Shown: positions 29,443-38,093, numbered from the stretch's first letter. The stretch: DNA of 64,000 nt from Pirellulales bacterium (GCA_030577455.1 JALIAA010000092.1:807-64806); one strand, 5' to 3'. Numbers and translations: made by a program. The notes: generated by a model not told the origin, from the letters alone.

Positions 29443-29514
29443 GTATGCTTTGTTCGAAAAAAGGTACCATGCCGTAGGCTGGATATTGTTGTCATAAACT
29501 CAAAGGCGGATTCT

Positions 29515-29862
29515 GTGAAACTGATTATTGCAATCATCCAGCCCGATAAACTTGAACGAGTCAAACAAGCCTTGTCAGAAGTTGAGGTCTTTCGTTTGAC
29601 GATCCTCGATGTCCAGGGCTTCGGCAGGCAGCTTGGTCACGCGGAGACTTACCGTGGTCATGAAATTGCAATCAATCTCTTGCGCAAGGTACAACTTCAA
29701 ATAGCTATTAATGATGAATTCGTAGAGCCAACCATCCAAGCGATTCAGAAGGGTGGCCGATCGGGAGTAGCTGGAGAGATTGGTGACGGTAAAATTTTCA
29801 TCCTACCTATGGATGAATGCGTCCGCATTCGCACAGGAGAGCGCGGAGAAGAAGCCATTTAG
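29515..29862 (+). CDS. glnB: P-II nitrogen regulatory protein
   Basis: MKLIIAIIQPDKLERVKQAL...LTILDVQGFGRQLGHAETYRGHEI (T-loop with the conserved Tyr)...GDGKIFILPMDECVRIRTGERGEEAI is the full-length P-II signature. GTG start with AAAGG 8 nt upstream. Confidence 0.9.
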   Translation: MKLIIAIIQPDKLERVKQALSEVEVFRLTILDVQGFGRQLGHAETYRGHEIAINLLRKVQLQIAINDEFVEPTIQAIQKGGRSGVAGEIGDGKIFILPMDECVRIRTGERGEEAI

Positions 29863-29893
29863 AACATGGCTCTAGAAATGAACCGCAGTGCGA

Positions 29894-31453
29894 TCAGAGC
29901 TGCTGAGGATGAAGCCTTGGCTTTCCTCCAATTGCAACACGATTCACTGCAGCAAGAAATGCTTTTGCTGACGCTTCTAGTGAATCAGTCGACACACCTC
30001 TTCCTCGATGCAGCTGTCCTCTGTATCGCTCGGAAGTCGCTTCAAGCTCAACAGACACTTCTGCCTGAGCGTCTTTCCCAACCGTGACTGCCTGCACCCG
30101 AAAATCACGGCAGACGGTTGTGATACCTGTTATCTTCTCAATCGCAAGAAAGATTCCATCAATTGGGCCGTCGCCACTTGTGATCGACACTGCCTGACTT
30201 TTTCCATCTTGTTTAACGCGAAGCGTCACCGTCGGCGCATTGCCACTTTCACACGAAACCGAATACCCTTCAAAAACAAAAAGCTCTGGCAGTACGGCAA
30301 ATTGCTGTTCACAGAGTGCTGCAATATCTCCGTCATAGATTTCTTTCTTCCTATCTGCAAGCAGTTTGAATTGTTCGAAAACTGTCTGAAGCTGCTCTCC
30401 TGTCAACTGATAACCAAGAGCAGCTGCCCGATCTGCCAGAGCTGCTCGACCACTGTGTTTACCAAGCACAAGATCAGTCCGCTCAAGCCCAACGTCCTCT
30501 GGACGCATGATTTCGTATGTGCTTCGATCTTTCAGCATGCCATCCTGATGAATGCCAGCCTCATGGGCGAACGCATTCCGTCCAACAATAGCCTTGTTTC
30601 GTGGCACCTGAATTCCTGTGATATTCGCAACAAGGCGACTAGTTGGCACTAACCGCTGCGTAGCAATTCGACTCTGGCACTTATACAAATCGGCTCTCGT
30701 TTTGAGAGCCATCACTACTTCTTCGAGAGAGCAATTCCCGGCTCGTTCGCCAATCCCATTAATAGTGCATTCAACCTGACCAGCACCGGCCTGAACAGCT
30801 GCCAAACTGTTTGCAACCGCCAAACCAAGATCGTCATGACAATGGACACTCAGAATTGCCTTGTCGATGTTCGGAACACGATTTCGAAGCGCATGGATCA
30901 CATCAAACATCTGCTGCGGCGTAGCATACCCAACAGTATCTGGGATATTAACGGTAGTCGCTCCAACATCGATAACCGCCTCTACAACACGACAGAGAAA
31001 ATCTATTTCTGTACGAGCCGCATCCTCCGGAGAAAACTCAATATCTTCACATTTCTCTTTTGCTCGACGAACACCTGCTACCGCTCTCCGAACGACCTCA
31101 TCTTCATCCATCCGGAGCTTGAACTCACGGTGAATTGCACTCGTTGCTAAAAACACATGAATTCGGGGACGGGCTGCTTCTGTGAGTGCTTCCCAAGCGC
31201 GGTCTATATCACTGTCATTGCACCGAGCGAGTCCACAAATTATCGGTTCGCGCACCGCACGACCAATTTCGCGAACTGATTCGAAGTCACCGGGAGAAGC
31301 AATTGGGAAACCCGCCTCAATCACATCAACACCTAATTGAGCTAAAGCATGTGCCACCTCAATTTTTTCGGTGAGATTCATGCTTGCTCCAGGAGACTGT
31401 TCTCCATCTCGAAGCGTCGTATCAAAAATTTGGACTGATTGGTGAGCAGACAT
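29894..31453 (-). CDS. leuA: 2-isopropylmalate synthase
   Basis: IFDTTLRDGEQSPGASM, HCHDDLGLAVANSLAAV, ECTINGIGERAGN, and a C-terminal LeuA-type regulatory domain. 519 aa. A citramalate synthase paralogue cannot be fully excluded. Confidence 0.85.
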   Translation of the reverse strand: MSAHQSVQIFDTTLRDGEQSPGASMNLTEKIEVAHALAQLGVDVIEAGFPIASPGDFESVREIGRAVREPIICGLARCNDSDIDRAWEALTEAARPRIHVFLATSAIHREFKLRMDEDEVVRRAVAGVRRAKEKCEDIEFSPEDAARTEIDFLCRVVEAVIDVGATTVNIPDTVGYATPQQMFDVIHALRNRVPNIDKAILSVHCHDDLGLAVANSLAAVQAGAGQVECTINGIGERAGNCSLEEVVMALKTRADLYKCQSRIATQRLVPTSRLVANITGIQVPRNKAIVGRNAFAHEAGIHQDGMLKDRSTYEIMRPEDVGLERTDLVLGKHSGRAALADRAAALGYQLTGEQLQTVFEQFKLLADRKKEIYDGDIAALCEQQFAVLPELFVFEGYSVSCESGNAPTVTLRVKQDGKSQAVSITSGDGPIDGIFLAIEKITGITTVCRDFRVQAVTVGKDAQAEVSVELEATSERYRGQLHRGRGVSTDSLEASAKAFLAAVNRVAIGGKPRLHPQQL

Positions 31454-31657
31454 GATCAGTTAAAAACTTGCCTTTCCAGATAATCCCGACGGCTCTCAGA
31501 ATAAGGTGGCCTCGGAACCAAAACTCTAATTTAGCAGACCTTCTTTATTGTCCACCCTCTCGGAACTCTTGCTACCCCAAGAACCTATGGAGGTCGTATA
31601 CTCCAGCCAGAGAAAATCGCTGCTTCCACCTAATATCGGGCTCTTGCTAGCACCGAT

Positions 31658-31685
31658 GAGGCATTGTAGACCATCTACATGCCTC
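31658..31685. repeat. Imperfect 28-bp palindrome / hairpin in the leuA - mazG-like divergent intergenic region
   Basis: GAGGCATTGTAGA cca TCTACATGCCTC: 12 bp with one bulged T and a 3-nt loop. Immediately followed by a second small hairpin, CCAAAG ttttg CTTTGG (31685-31701). Confidence 0.5.
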
Positions 31686-31765
31686 CAAAGTTTTGCTTTG
31701 GTATCATCAAATGTTGGGAGTTTCGACGGTCACGACCAAGATGAACCTACTCGAGTAGATACAAG

Positions 31766-32065
31766 ATGACACTTCGTGAGTTCCAACAACTCATTCGCAA
31801 CATGTACCACGACAAGGATGCTGCACGTGGTGTCGAAGGAACATTCATGTGGCTGACAGAGGAAATCGGGGAACTTGCAACTGCCTTACGAAGCGGCTCA
31901 CCTGAAGAGCAGGCCTTGGAGTTTGCTGACGTCTTGGCATGGCTTGCAACCATTGCAAATGTTGTCGATATCGACCTCGAGCAGGCAATTGTAAAAAAAT
32001 ATGGACAGGGCTGTCCCGGCTGCGGGCAAATTTCTTGCACCTGCCCCGATGCGGAGAAGCCATGA
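31766..32065 (+). CDS. MazG-like nucleotide pyrophosphohydrolase (small all-alpha NTP-PPase) with C-terminal 4-Cys tail
   Basis: LTEEIGELATAL and EEQALEFADVLAWLATIAN are the paired E-x-x-E metal motifs. Tail is GCPGCGQISCTCP. Confidence 0.75.
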   Translation: MTLREFQQLIRNMYHDKDAARGVEGTFMWLTEEIGELATALRSGSPEEQALEFADVLAWLATIANVVDIDLEQAIVKKYGQGCPGCGQISCTCPDAEKP

Positions 32066-34254
32066 TGATTTTGAGGCAACTCTTGCTCTGCTTCTTTTTT
32101 TTGGTTGCCACGCCGGTGATTGGCATGGCGACATCTGACAGCCAGGAGTTATCGGCTGAAATTGGCCTGGATGGAATTGTTCGTGCAGGACACTGGACAC
32201 CGGTGACACTACGCATTCCACAATCTCTTGCGCAACCATCAACTCGCTACGTTGCTGTAGAAGCAAAGGACCCAGATGGACAATGGCTTCGATCACCACT
32301 GGTTCGCCCCACTTTGATAAACGACACACAATGGGCAGCAAGGCTTCTTGTGAAGATTGGAAGCCGAGACAGCACCATTCGGGCCGTGGTCATCGACACG
32401 GCGGAACCAAATGCAGATAGATCGCATCTCTCGCAAATAGTTGCTGCAAAGATAGTACCAATACCGCAACTACTGGAATCAAGCCAGGAAGTCTTGATGC
32501 TTCTTGGTGACCTGGAAAATGCGACAAGAGCGTCTCGTCTTGCAACTCGGGAAGATGGATCTCGAATGCTTGTTGTTTCTCCAGAGCCACGTTCTGAATC
32601 AATCCCACTCTCTTCTGTTTTTGGCCCTCCGGGACTAACGTTTGATGGCGTTGACAAGGCGATTATCTGCGGGAATGCGGTAACACGAGGCATTTCAGAG
32701 GATCGCCTTCTTGAGCTTGATGCATGGATACGGGGGGGAGGTGACCTCCTTCTCATAACAGGAATGTCGCTTCCTGCCGCTGCATCGACTTCTCCTTCTC
32801 TCGAGTCATGGCTCCCTGGCAAGTTCAGCCGGCTGGTCCCATTACGTCGGGCATCTGCGCTTGAAACATATGCGAGATCCAGTCGACCACTCGCCCGCCG
32901 AGCTATTGAAGAGTTACAGGTCCCAATCTTCGAAGATCCTCCAAAAATACAAGGTGTGATCGAAGCTTCAGTTGGTGGCACCGAAAACGACCCACCACTT
33001 GTCGTGCGACGTGCCTATGGCTTTGGACGGATTACATGGATAGGCATTGATCTCGACACAAGAACGTTTGCCTCATGGCCTGGCACCGACTCACTTGTGC
33101 TGAAACTACTCGATATCCAAGACCGTGGAGATTCTGAAGGAAGAGCAGGGGAGGCGAGGCGAGGCGGCCTCGACTTGGCAGGACAATTAAGGCTGGCTGT
33201 CGATAATTACCTAAGTGTCTCCGTTATTCCGTTTGAGATCATTGCACTCATCGGACTGCTCTATGTTGCTGCACTCTATCCACTTGACTGGTGGATTGCC
33301 CGCCAAAGCGAGCGTTTCAGATGGATAACCTGGCTGACCTTGCCGCTCATTGTCCTCGCCTTTACAGGGATTGCTTGGTCAACCTCACAACGATTTAAAC
33401 CTGATGGATGGCAGATCCACACTGCTGGTGTCTTTGATATTGATCAGGCAACCCGAACATGTCGATCAACCAGCTTTGCCGGCATCTGGTCTTCAAACAA
33501 TGGACGCTTCAACCTTTCGACCAGCCCTACGCAAGGCACCACCAGAGAAGACTCTCGTGCAGTGGTGAGTTGGTTTGCAGCATCCGGACGAAACATCGGC
33601 GGCCCTGATGCATTAACGCCACACCCTTCCCTTGCTGGAGCTCCATACGAATACGGGTCATCCGCAGCCAGACTTCAGAACATATCAATTGCGGCGGCTT
33701 CAAGCCAACTCTTTGAGGCCAGTTCGACCAGCCGACTGCCGACTGTTTCAATACAATCGACGCTTAGCAGAACGGGGCAGGGAACACTCCGCGGAACAAT
33801 CACAAATCAACTTCAGGTTTCACTGAGCGATTGCGTCCTCATGCATGCTGGCTGGCTTTACGATATTGGCACCCTTCGCCCGGGTGACACTTTTGATCTC
33901 GAAGCAGGAAAAGGCCCACGATCTCTGGGGGCTTTCTTAACAAAAAAACGAGCTGTTAAAGACCGTAATGTTTCAGCACGATGGAAGTCAGATGATCGAG
34001 ACATATCACGAATTCTCGAAGTAGCTGGCATGCATCGCGCGACCGGTGGATCAGAATACACCGGATTACAGTCGGGGCGACTCGAGCACATTGACATGAC
34101 TCACCTCCTTGCTTTAGACCGTATCATTCTTATGGGTAAGGGACCGTCTGCCACAAAATGGCTACCGCAAAAAACAAGTGAATCTGAACTCAAACATCTC
34201 AAAGACGCAGGAGACACAACTCTCTGGAGAATTGTTCTCGAGCTTCGCAACTAA
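32062..34254 (+). CDS. Large secreted/membrane protein, unknown function, with GATase1-like block
   Basis: ORF track 31939..34254, trimmed to ATG 32062 (ATGA overlap with the MazG-like stop). Signal peptide MMILRQLLLCFFFLVATPVIG. Block DKAIICGNAV...LDAWIRGGGDLLLITG. Two central TM helices (FEIIALIGLLYVAALYPLDWW, WITWLTLPLIVLAFTGIAW). Confidence 0.6.
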   Translation: MMILRQLLLCFFFLVATPVIGMATSDSQELSAEIGLDGIVRAGHWTPVTLRIPQSLAQPSTRYVAVEAKDPDGQWLRSPLVRPTLINDTQWAARLLVKIGSRDSTIRAVVIDTAEPNADRSHLSQIVAAKIVPIPQLLESSQEVLMLLGDLENATRASRLATREDGSRMLVVSPEPRSESIPLSSVFGPPGLTFDGVDKAIICGNAVTRGISEDRLLELDAWIRGGGDLLLITGMSLPAAASTSPSLESWLPGKFSRLVPLRRASALETYARSSRPLARRAIEELQVPIFEDPPKIQGVIEASVGGTENDPPLVVRRAYGFGRITWIGIDLDTRTFASWPGTDSLVLKLLDIQDRGDSEGRAGEARRGGLDLAGQLRLAVDNYLSVSVIPFEIIALIGLLYVAALYPLDWWIARQSERFRWITWLTLPLIVLAFTGIAWSTSQRFKPDGWQIHTAGVFDIDQATRTCRSTSFAGIWSSNNGRFNLSTSPTQGTTREDSRAVVSWFAASGRNIGGPDALTPHPSLAGAPYEYGSSAARLQNISIAAASSQLFEASSTSRLPTVSIQSTLSRTGQGTLRGTITNQLQVSLSDCVLMHAGWLYDIGTLRPGDTFDLEAGKGPRSLGAFLTKKRAVKDRNVSARWKSDDRDISRILEVAGMHRATGGSEYTGLQSGRLEHIDMTHLLALDRIILMGKGPSATKWLPQKTSESELKHLKDAGDTTLWRIVLELRN

Positions 34255-34283
34255 CTCCCTGACACAAAACCTGAAACATCTTC

Positions 34284-35267
34284 ATGATCGAAACCGTTGA
34301 CCTGACAAAAAAATATGGCGACTTTTTTGCACTTGAGTCCCTGACATTAAAACTCGAGCAAGGAGATCTATTCGGCTTTATCGGCCCAAATGGTGCGGGA
34401 AAAACAACGACCATCAGAATCTTATCGACACTTCTGTCACCGTCTTGGGGAGAAGCTTCAGTCTGCGGATACTCAATTTATACCCACCCGCGAGAAATAC
34501 GCCGGGCGATTGGCTACATGCCAGATATTTTTGGTGTATACGATGACATGCGAGTCATCGAGTACCTTGAATTTTTTGCTGCTGCCTATCGTATCAACGG
34601 GCCCGCTCGACGTAAGGTTGCGGAACGTTCGCTCGACTTGGTTGATCTAGGGGTAAAAAGAGATGAACTTGTGACCAGTTTATCTCGTGGCATGACTCAG
34701 CGTCTTGGCTTGGCCAGAGTGCTTCTCCACGATCCTCAAGTGCTTCTTCTCGATGAACCCGCCAGCGGCCTCGACCCACGAGCTCGCATTGAAATGCGGG
34801 GCCTGCTTAAACGACTCCAAGATCTCGGGAAAACCATTCTTGTATCAAGTCACATCCTTCCCGAACTGGCTGACATCTGCAATCGTGTTGGAATCATTGA
34901 GTATGGACAGCTTCTTGCTCAGGGTGACGTAACAGATCTTCTTGCCAAAGTTCGCGGCCGACCTGTCTTCTGCATCGAAGTGGAAGGCGACCCAGAGAAA
35001 TCAGCCCGACTTCTGGAAGATTGTCCTGGTATCGCTGAGGTCAACATCCGCGAGGGCATCATCCGCGCAACACTCGACGATCGCTCGGTTGACGTATCAC
35101 TTCTTCCGGCCACGATCGTCGCGAGCGGTGAGCGGTTGCTTGGGATGAGGGAAGAGGAAATAAACCTGGAAACGGCATTCCTGGAACTGACAAAGGGCTC
35201 CTTAGGCCGGCAGGCAGACGATGCTCCACAAGGGTGGGGCAAACTGCAGGATGGACACTCGGCGTAG
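34284..35267 (+). CDS. ABC transporter ATP-binding protein (ABC-2/NatA-like) with C-terminal accessory domain
   Basis: Walker A GPNGAGKTTT, signature LSRGMTQRL, Walker B VLLLDEPASGLD, H-loop SSHIL. Confidence 0.9.
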   Translation: MIETVDLTKKYGDFFALESLTLKLEQGDLFGFIGPNGAGKTTTIRILSTLLSPSWGEASVCGYSIYTHPREIRRAIGYMPDIFGVYDDMRVIEYLEFFAAAYRINGPARRKVAERSLDLVDLGVKRDELVTSLSRGMTQRLGLARVLLHDPQVLLLDEPASGLDPRARIEMRGLLKRLQDLGKTILVSSHILPELADICNRVGIIEYGQLLAQGDVTDLLAKVRGRPVFCIEVEGDPEKSARLLEDCPGIAEVNIREGIIRATLDDRSVDVSLLPATIVASGERLLGMREEEINLETAFLELTKGSLGRQADDAPQGWGKLQDGHSA

Positions 35268-35271
35268 AATT

Positions 35272-36546
35272 ATGCTTCGGCACTCTTTCACCACCGTTCT
35301 TCTGTTCTCTGGACTGCTCACCATGTCCGCCAACGGGCTTGCCCAGAACGTGGTAGCAAGGCAGTTTCAGCCCACAATACCCGGAAGAAACTTCTCTACT
35401 GACCGGTACACGAACGCTCGGGAGCGAATGGTCCGTGAAGATATAGCCGCAAGCGGTGTCACCAACACCCGCGTGCTCGAAAGCATGCGACTGACACCCC
35501 GTCACGAATTCGTTGCTGCTGCTCAACGGCCATTGGCATACTACGATATGTCGTTACCAATCGGAGATCGCCAGACAATTTCTGGCCCTTTCGTCGTCGC
35601 CTACATGACAGAACAACTCGACCCGAAACCGACTGATCGAGTGCTCGAAATCGGTACCGGAAGTGGATATCAAGCCGCGGTCCTCTCACCACTTGTGGGT
35701 ACGGTGTACTCGATTGAAATACATGAGGCACTTGGGCGACGGGCACGCTCAACACTACGACGCCTTGGATATACAAACGTTGTAACCAAAATTGGTGATG
35801 GGTTTATGGGCTGGGAAGAGAAGGGGCCTTTCGACAAGATTATTGTGACATGCTCCCCCGAAGAAATCCCATTACCACTCATCGATCAGCTTGTCGAAGA
35901 CGGCATTATGATTATTCCAGTAGGTGAACGATACGAACAAACATTGGTGCGGCTCCAGAAAAGAGCAGGGGAGTTGGAACGAACGGATCTTGTGCCAAGC
36001 TTATTTGTTCCGATGACAGGACAAGCCGAAGCACGACGTGAGGTGCTTCCGAATGGCGCGAAACCACGCTTAGCTAATTCGAGCTTTGAGGAGTGCTTGC
36101 CAGATAGCGAAACACCAACGGCTTGGTATTACGGCCGACAAGAGTCCCTTCTTGAAAACGGCAATTCACCAGATGGCCAGAAACATCTTCTTCTGAAAAA
36201 CAGTGAGCCTGGACGACCAGCGCATATCTTTCAGGGGTTTCCAGTCGATGGCCGCTCTGTACGTGAACTAAAATTTTCATATCAGGTACGCGTTGCAGGG
36301 CTCGGCAGTGGCCGGATACCTGCCGAAAAACCAGGCGTTGCGATCCGATTTTTCGACGAGCGACGGGCACGTTCTACGCGGCTTGTTGCTCCACTGAGGA
36401 TTCTGAACGGTGAATGGGGCCTCGTTACGGGCTCGCTCCTGGTACCCACATGGTCCAGAGAGGCAATTCTGCAGGTGGGACTCATGGGTGCGACCGGTCA
36501 GATTGAATTCGATGAAATCCAAATCATCCCGGTCGAAAGATCCTAA
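35272..36546 (+). CDS. pcm: Protein-L-isoaspartate O-methyltransferase domain with signal peptide and ~190-aa C-terminal jelly-roll-like extension
   Basis: ORF track 35221..36546, trimmed to ATG 35272 (5 nt after the ABC stop). Signal MLRHSFTTVLLFSGLLTMSANGLAQ. PCMT motifs PRHEFV, QTISGPFVVAYMTEQL, VLEIGTGSGYQAAVLS, DKIIVTCSPEEIP. C-terminal ...WYYGRQ...HLLLKN...FQGFPVDG...LKFSYQVRV...AILQVGLMGATGQIEFDEIQI. Confidence 0.8.
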   Translation: MLRHSFTTVLLFSGLLTMSANGLAQNVVARQFQPTIPGRNFSTDRYTNARERMVREDIAASGVTNTRVLESMRLTPRHEFVAAAQRPLAYYDMSLPIGDRQTISGPFVVAYMTEQLDPKPTDRVLEIGTGSGYQAAVLSPLVGTVYSIEIHEALGRRARSTLRRLGYTNVVTKIGDGFMGWEEKGPFDKIIVTCSPEEIPLPLIDQLVEDGIMIIPVGERYEQTLVRLQKRAGELERTDLVPSLFVPMTGQAEARREVLPNGAKPRLANSSFEECLPDSETPTAWYYGRQESLLENGNSPDGQKHLLLKNSEPGRPAHIFQGFPVDGRSVRELKFSYQVRVAGLGSGRIPAEKPGVAIRFFDERRARSTRLVAPLRILNGEWGLVTGSLLVPTWSREAILQVGLMGATGQIEFDEIQIIPVERS

Positions 36547-36792
36547 AACACAGGGAAAACAGCAAGAAAATATCGTTTTCGGCAAGAGCCAGCACAAGAA
36601 TACTGGTGAGAACGGAGCCCCTAAAGGCAGCCCACTCTTCGTATTCATTATTTTTAACCCTTCCTTCTTGCTTTACCCAGCCGTCAAACTATTCTAAGGA
36701 AGTTCGTTTATTCTGCTTCTGGTCGGTTCGCCCTGCGATCTGCCGAGGAGGCAGCCGTCATCCGTTTCAACTCGCCGTGGAGATTGCCCTAC

Positions 36793-37899
36793 ATGTTGGC
36801 TCACCGATTCATCCGTTCGGTCGGATTTTTCACCGTTCTTTCAATAGTGGCGTCTGCCTGCTGTGACGCACAGGCTGGCTGGAACCACCGCTACAACGCT
36901 GCGTATGGCTCATCAGGTGGTTCGAGCAGTAGTGGCGGAAGCAGCTCATCATCCTATGGTGGCTCTTCGTCCTATGGTGGCTCTTCGTCTTCCTATGGCG
37001 GTAGCAGTTCATCCGGTGGTCATAGAATGACGCACTGGGAACGCAAGATGGCTCGACGCGCGTATCGACACGCCGCACATTCTAGCTACGGCAGCTCAGG
37101 CGGAAGCCACTCTGCCTTCTATGGCAGTTCTGGTGGATCCAGTTCCAGTGGCGGTAGCTCGAGTGGTTCGTACGGATACTACGGTTACAGCTACGGGTAC
37201 GCCGCCCCGGCAGCAAGTGTCGGCTACTCATCGATGTCTCCAATGACATCCAGCATGCCTGTCGATGCCTACCGTGTCATCACAGATGAGCCTGTTGGTG
37301 ATGTTGCAGGAGACTCTGGTGAAGAAGTTCAAACACCAGCACCAAGCGACTCAACAGAATTCGTTCCGAAGGACGGCGTTCTTCTACTTGTCTCGGTTCC
37401 AAATGATGCCAAAGTGCTTGTGAATGGATCTGAAACAACATCGACAGGAAGCCTCCGCCGGTTTGTCTCACGTGGTCTTCAAGAAGGTGCAACATATGAC
37501 TACACCGTCACAATGGTGGTCGGTGACGGTGAAAAACCTGTTGAAGAGACTCAAGTAATAAGCGTAACGGCCGGTGAATTGAGCAAGGTTTCCTTTGAAG
37601 AATCCTTGCAATTGACAACCAGCCTTACTGTTCACGTCCCAGAAAAATCAACCGTATGGCTTGCAGGCAATATGACTGATTCAACAGGAGCAACTCGAAC
37701 CTTTGAAACATCTGCCTTACCAACAGGCTCCACGTGGGAAAACTACGAAATTCGGGTTGTAACCAAGCACGCCGGTGGGGAACAGACTGTCTCGAAGGTT
37801 ATTGATCTTGCTGCCGGAGATGATGTCGAACTGTCTTTCGAGGCAACTGATATTCTCGCTGATGCAAGCATCATCGAAAAGACTGCATCAATTCAGTAG
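36793..37899 (+). CDS. TIGR03000-type (planctomycete) domain protein with G/S/Y-rich low-complexity N-terminal half
   Basis: ORF track 36784 (TTG); ATG at 36793. Signal FFTVLSIVASACCDAQA. Low-complexity run SSGGSSSSGGSSSSSYGGSSSYGGSSSSYGGSSSSGG...GSYGYYGYSYGY. Two copies of the TIGR03000 pattern: LLLVSVPNDAKVLVNGSETTSTGSLRRFVSRGLQEGATYDYTV...VTAGELSKVSF and LTVHVPEKSTVWLAGNMTDSTGATRTFETSALPTGSTWENYEIRV...LAAGDDVELSF. Confidence 0.75.
   Translation: MLAHRFIRSVGFFTVLSIVASACCDAQAGWNHRYNAAYGSSGGSSSSGGSSSSSYGGSSSYGGSSSSYGGSSSSGGHRMTHWERKMARRAYRHAAHSSYGSSGGSHSAFYGSSGGSSSSGGSSSGSYGYYGYSYGYAAPAASVGYSSMSPMTSSMPVDAYRVITDEPVGDVAGDSGEEVQTPAPSDSTEFVPKDGVLLLVSVPNDAKVLVNGSETTSTGSLRRFVSRGLQEGATYDYTVTMVVGDGEKPVEETQVISVTAGELSKVSFEESLQLTTSLTVHVPEKSTVWLAGNMTDSTGATRTFETSALPTGSTWENYEIRVVTKHAGGEQTVSKVIDLAAGDDVELSFEATDILADASIIEKTASIQ
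36953..36988 (+). repeat. Exact 18-nt tandem duplication inside the G/S/Y-rich coding region (in frame, 6 aa per unit)
   Basis: cctatggtggctcttcgt occurs at 36953-36970 and again at 36971-36988. A degenerate third copy (tcctatggcggtagcagt) follows to about 37008. Confidence 0.8.
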
Positions 37900-37940
37900 G
37901 GAATCGAAGCAAGACGTCCAATCCAAAAATGTTCGTACTA

Positions 37941-37979
37941 ATCCCCCATGGCTGAATTAAGCCGTGGGGGATTTTTTTT
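37941..37979 (+). terminator. Rho-independent terminator after the TIGR03000 protein gene
   Basis: atcccccatggc tgaattaa gccgtggggg at: 10-bp GC-rich stem with one G-U pair, followed by 8 T (37972-37979). Sits 42 nt after the stop at 37899. Confidence 0.85.
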
Positions 37980-38093
37980 GGGCTTGTCAAAGCATCCCGT
38001 TTATCGACCATACAAGGATTATTTCTTGTCAGGCTTATTGAAAAGCCGATGGATTCTATTATTGCGTCATCCTGAAAAAGTCCTAAAGCAACT

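Noticed and set aside
29478-29495. Possible sigma-54 promoter (ctggatattgttgtca) in front of glnB.
   Set aside because: The GG and the TTG(T) element are spaced 2 nt too close relative to TGGCAC-n5-TTGCW, and the GC of the -12 element is missing.
32247-32981. Long antisense ORFs in the track: 244 aa at 32247-32981; also 30008-30652 (214 aa), 55294-55926 (210 aa), 15089-15718 (209 aa), 25761-26315 (184 aa), 43418-43957 (179 aa) and 55830-56336 (168 aa).
   Set aside because: Each lies entirely opposite a gene with strong family motifs. Their translations are R/S/C-rich with no motif or hydrophobic periodicity, which is typical of shadow ORFs. None has an independent start context.
36890-37200. 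The repetitive G/S-rich DNA was checked as a possible CRISPR-like or non-coding satellite array.
   Set aside because: The repeats are in frame within a continuous ORF with a signal peptide and downstream TIGR03000 domains. The units are 18 nt without spacers, so this is a coding low-complexity tract.
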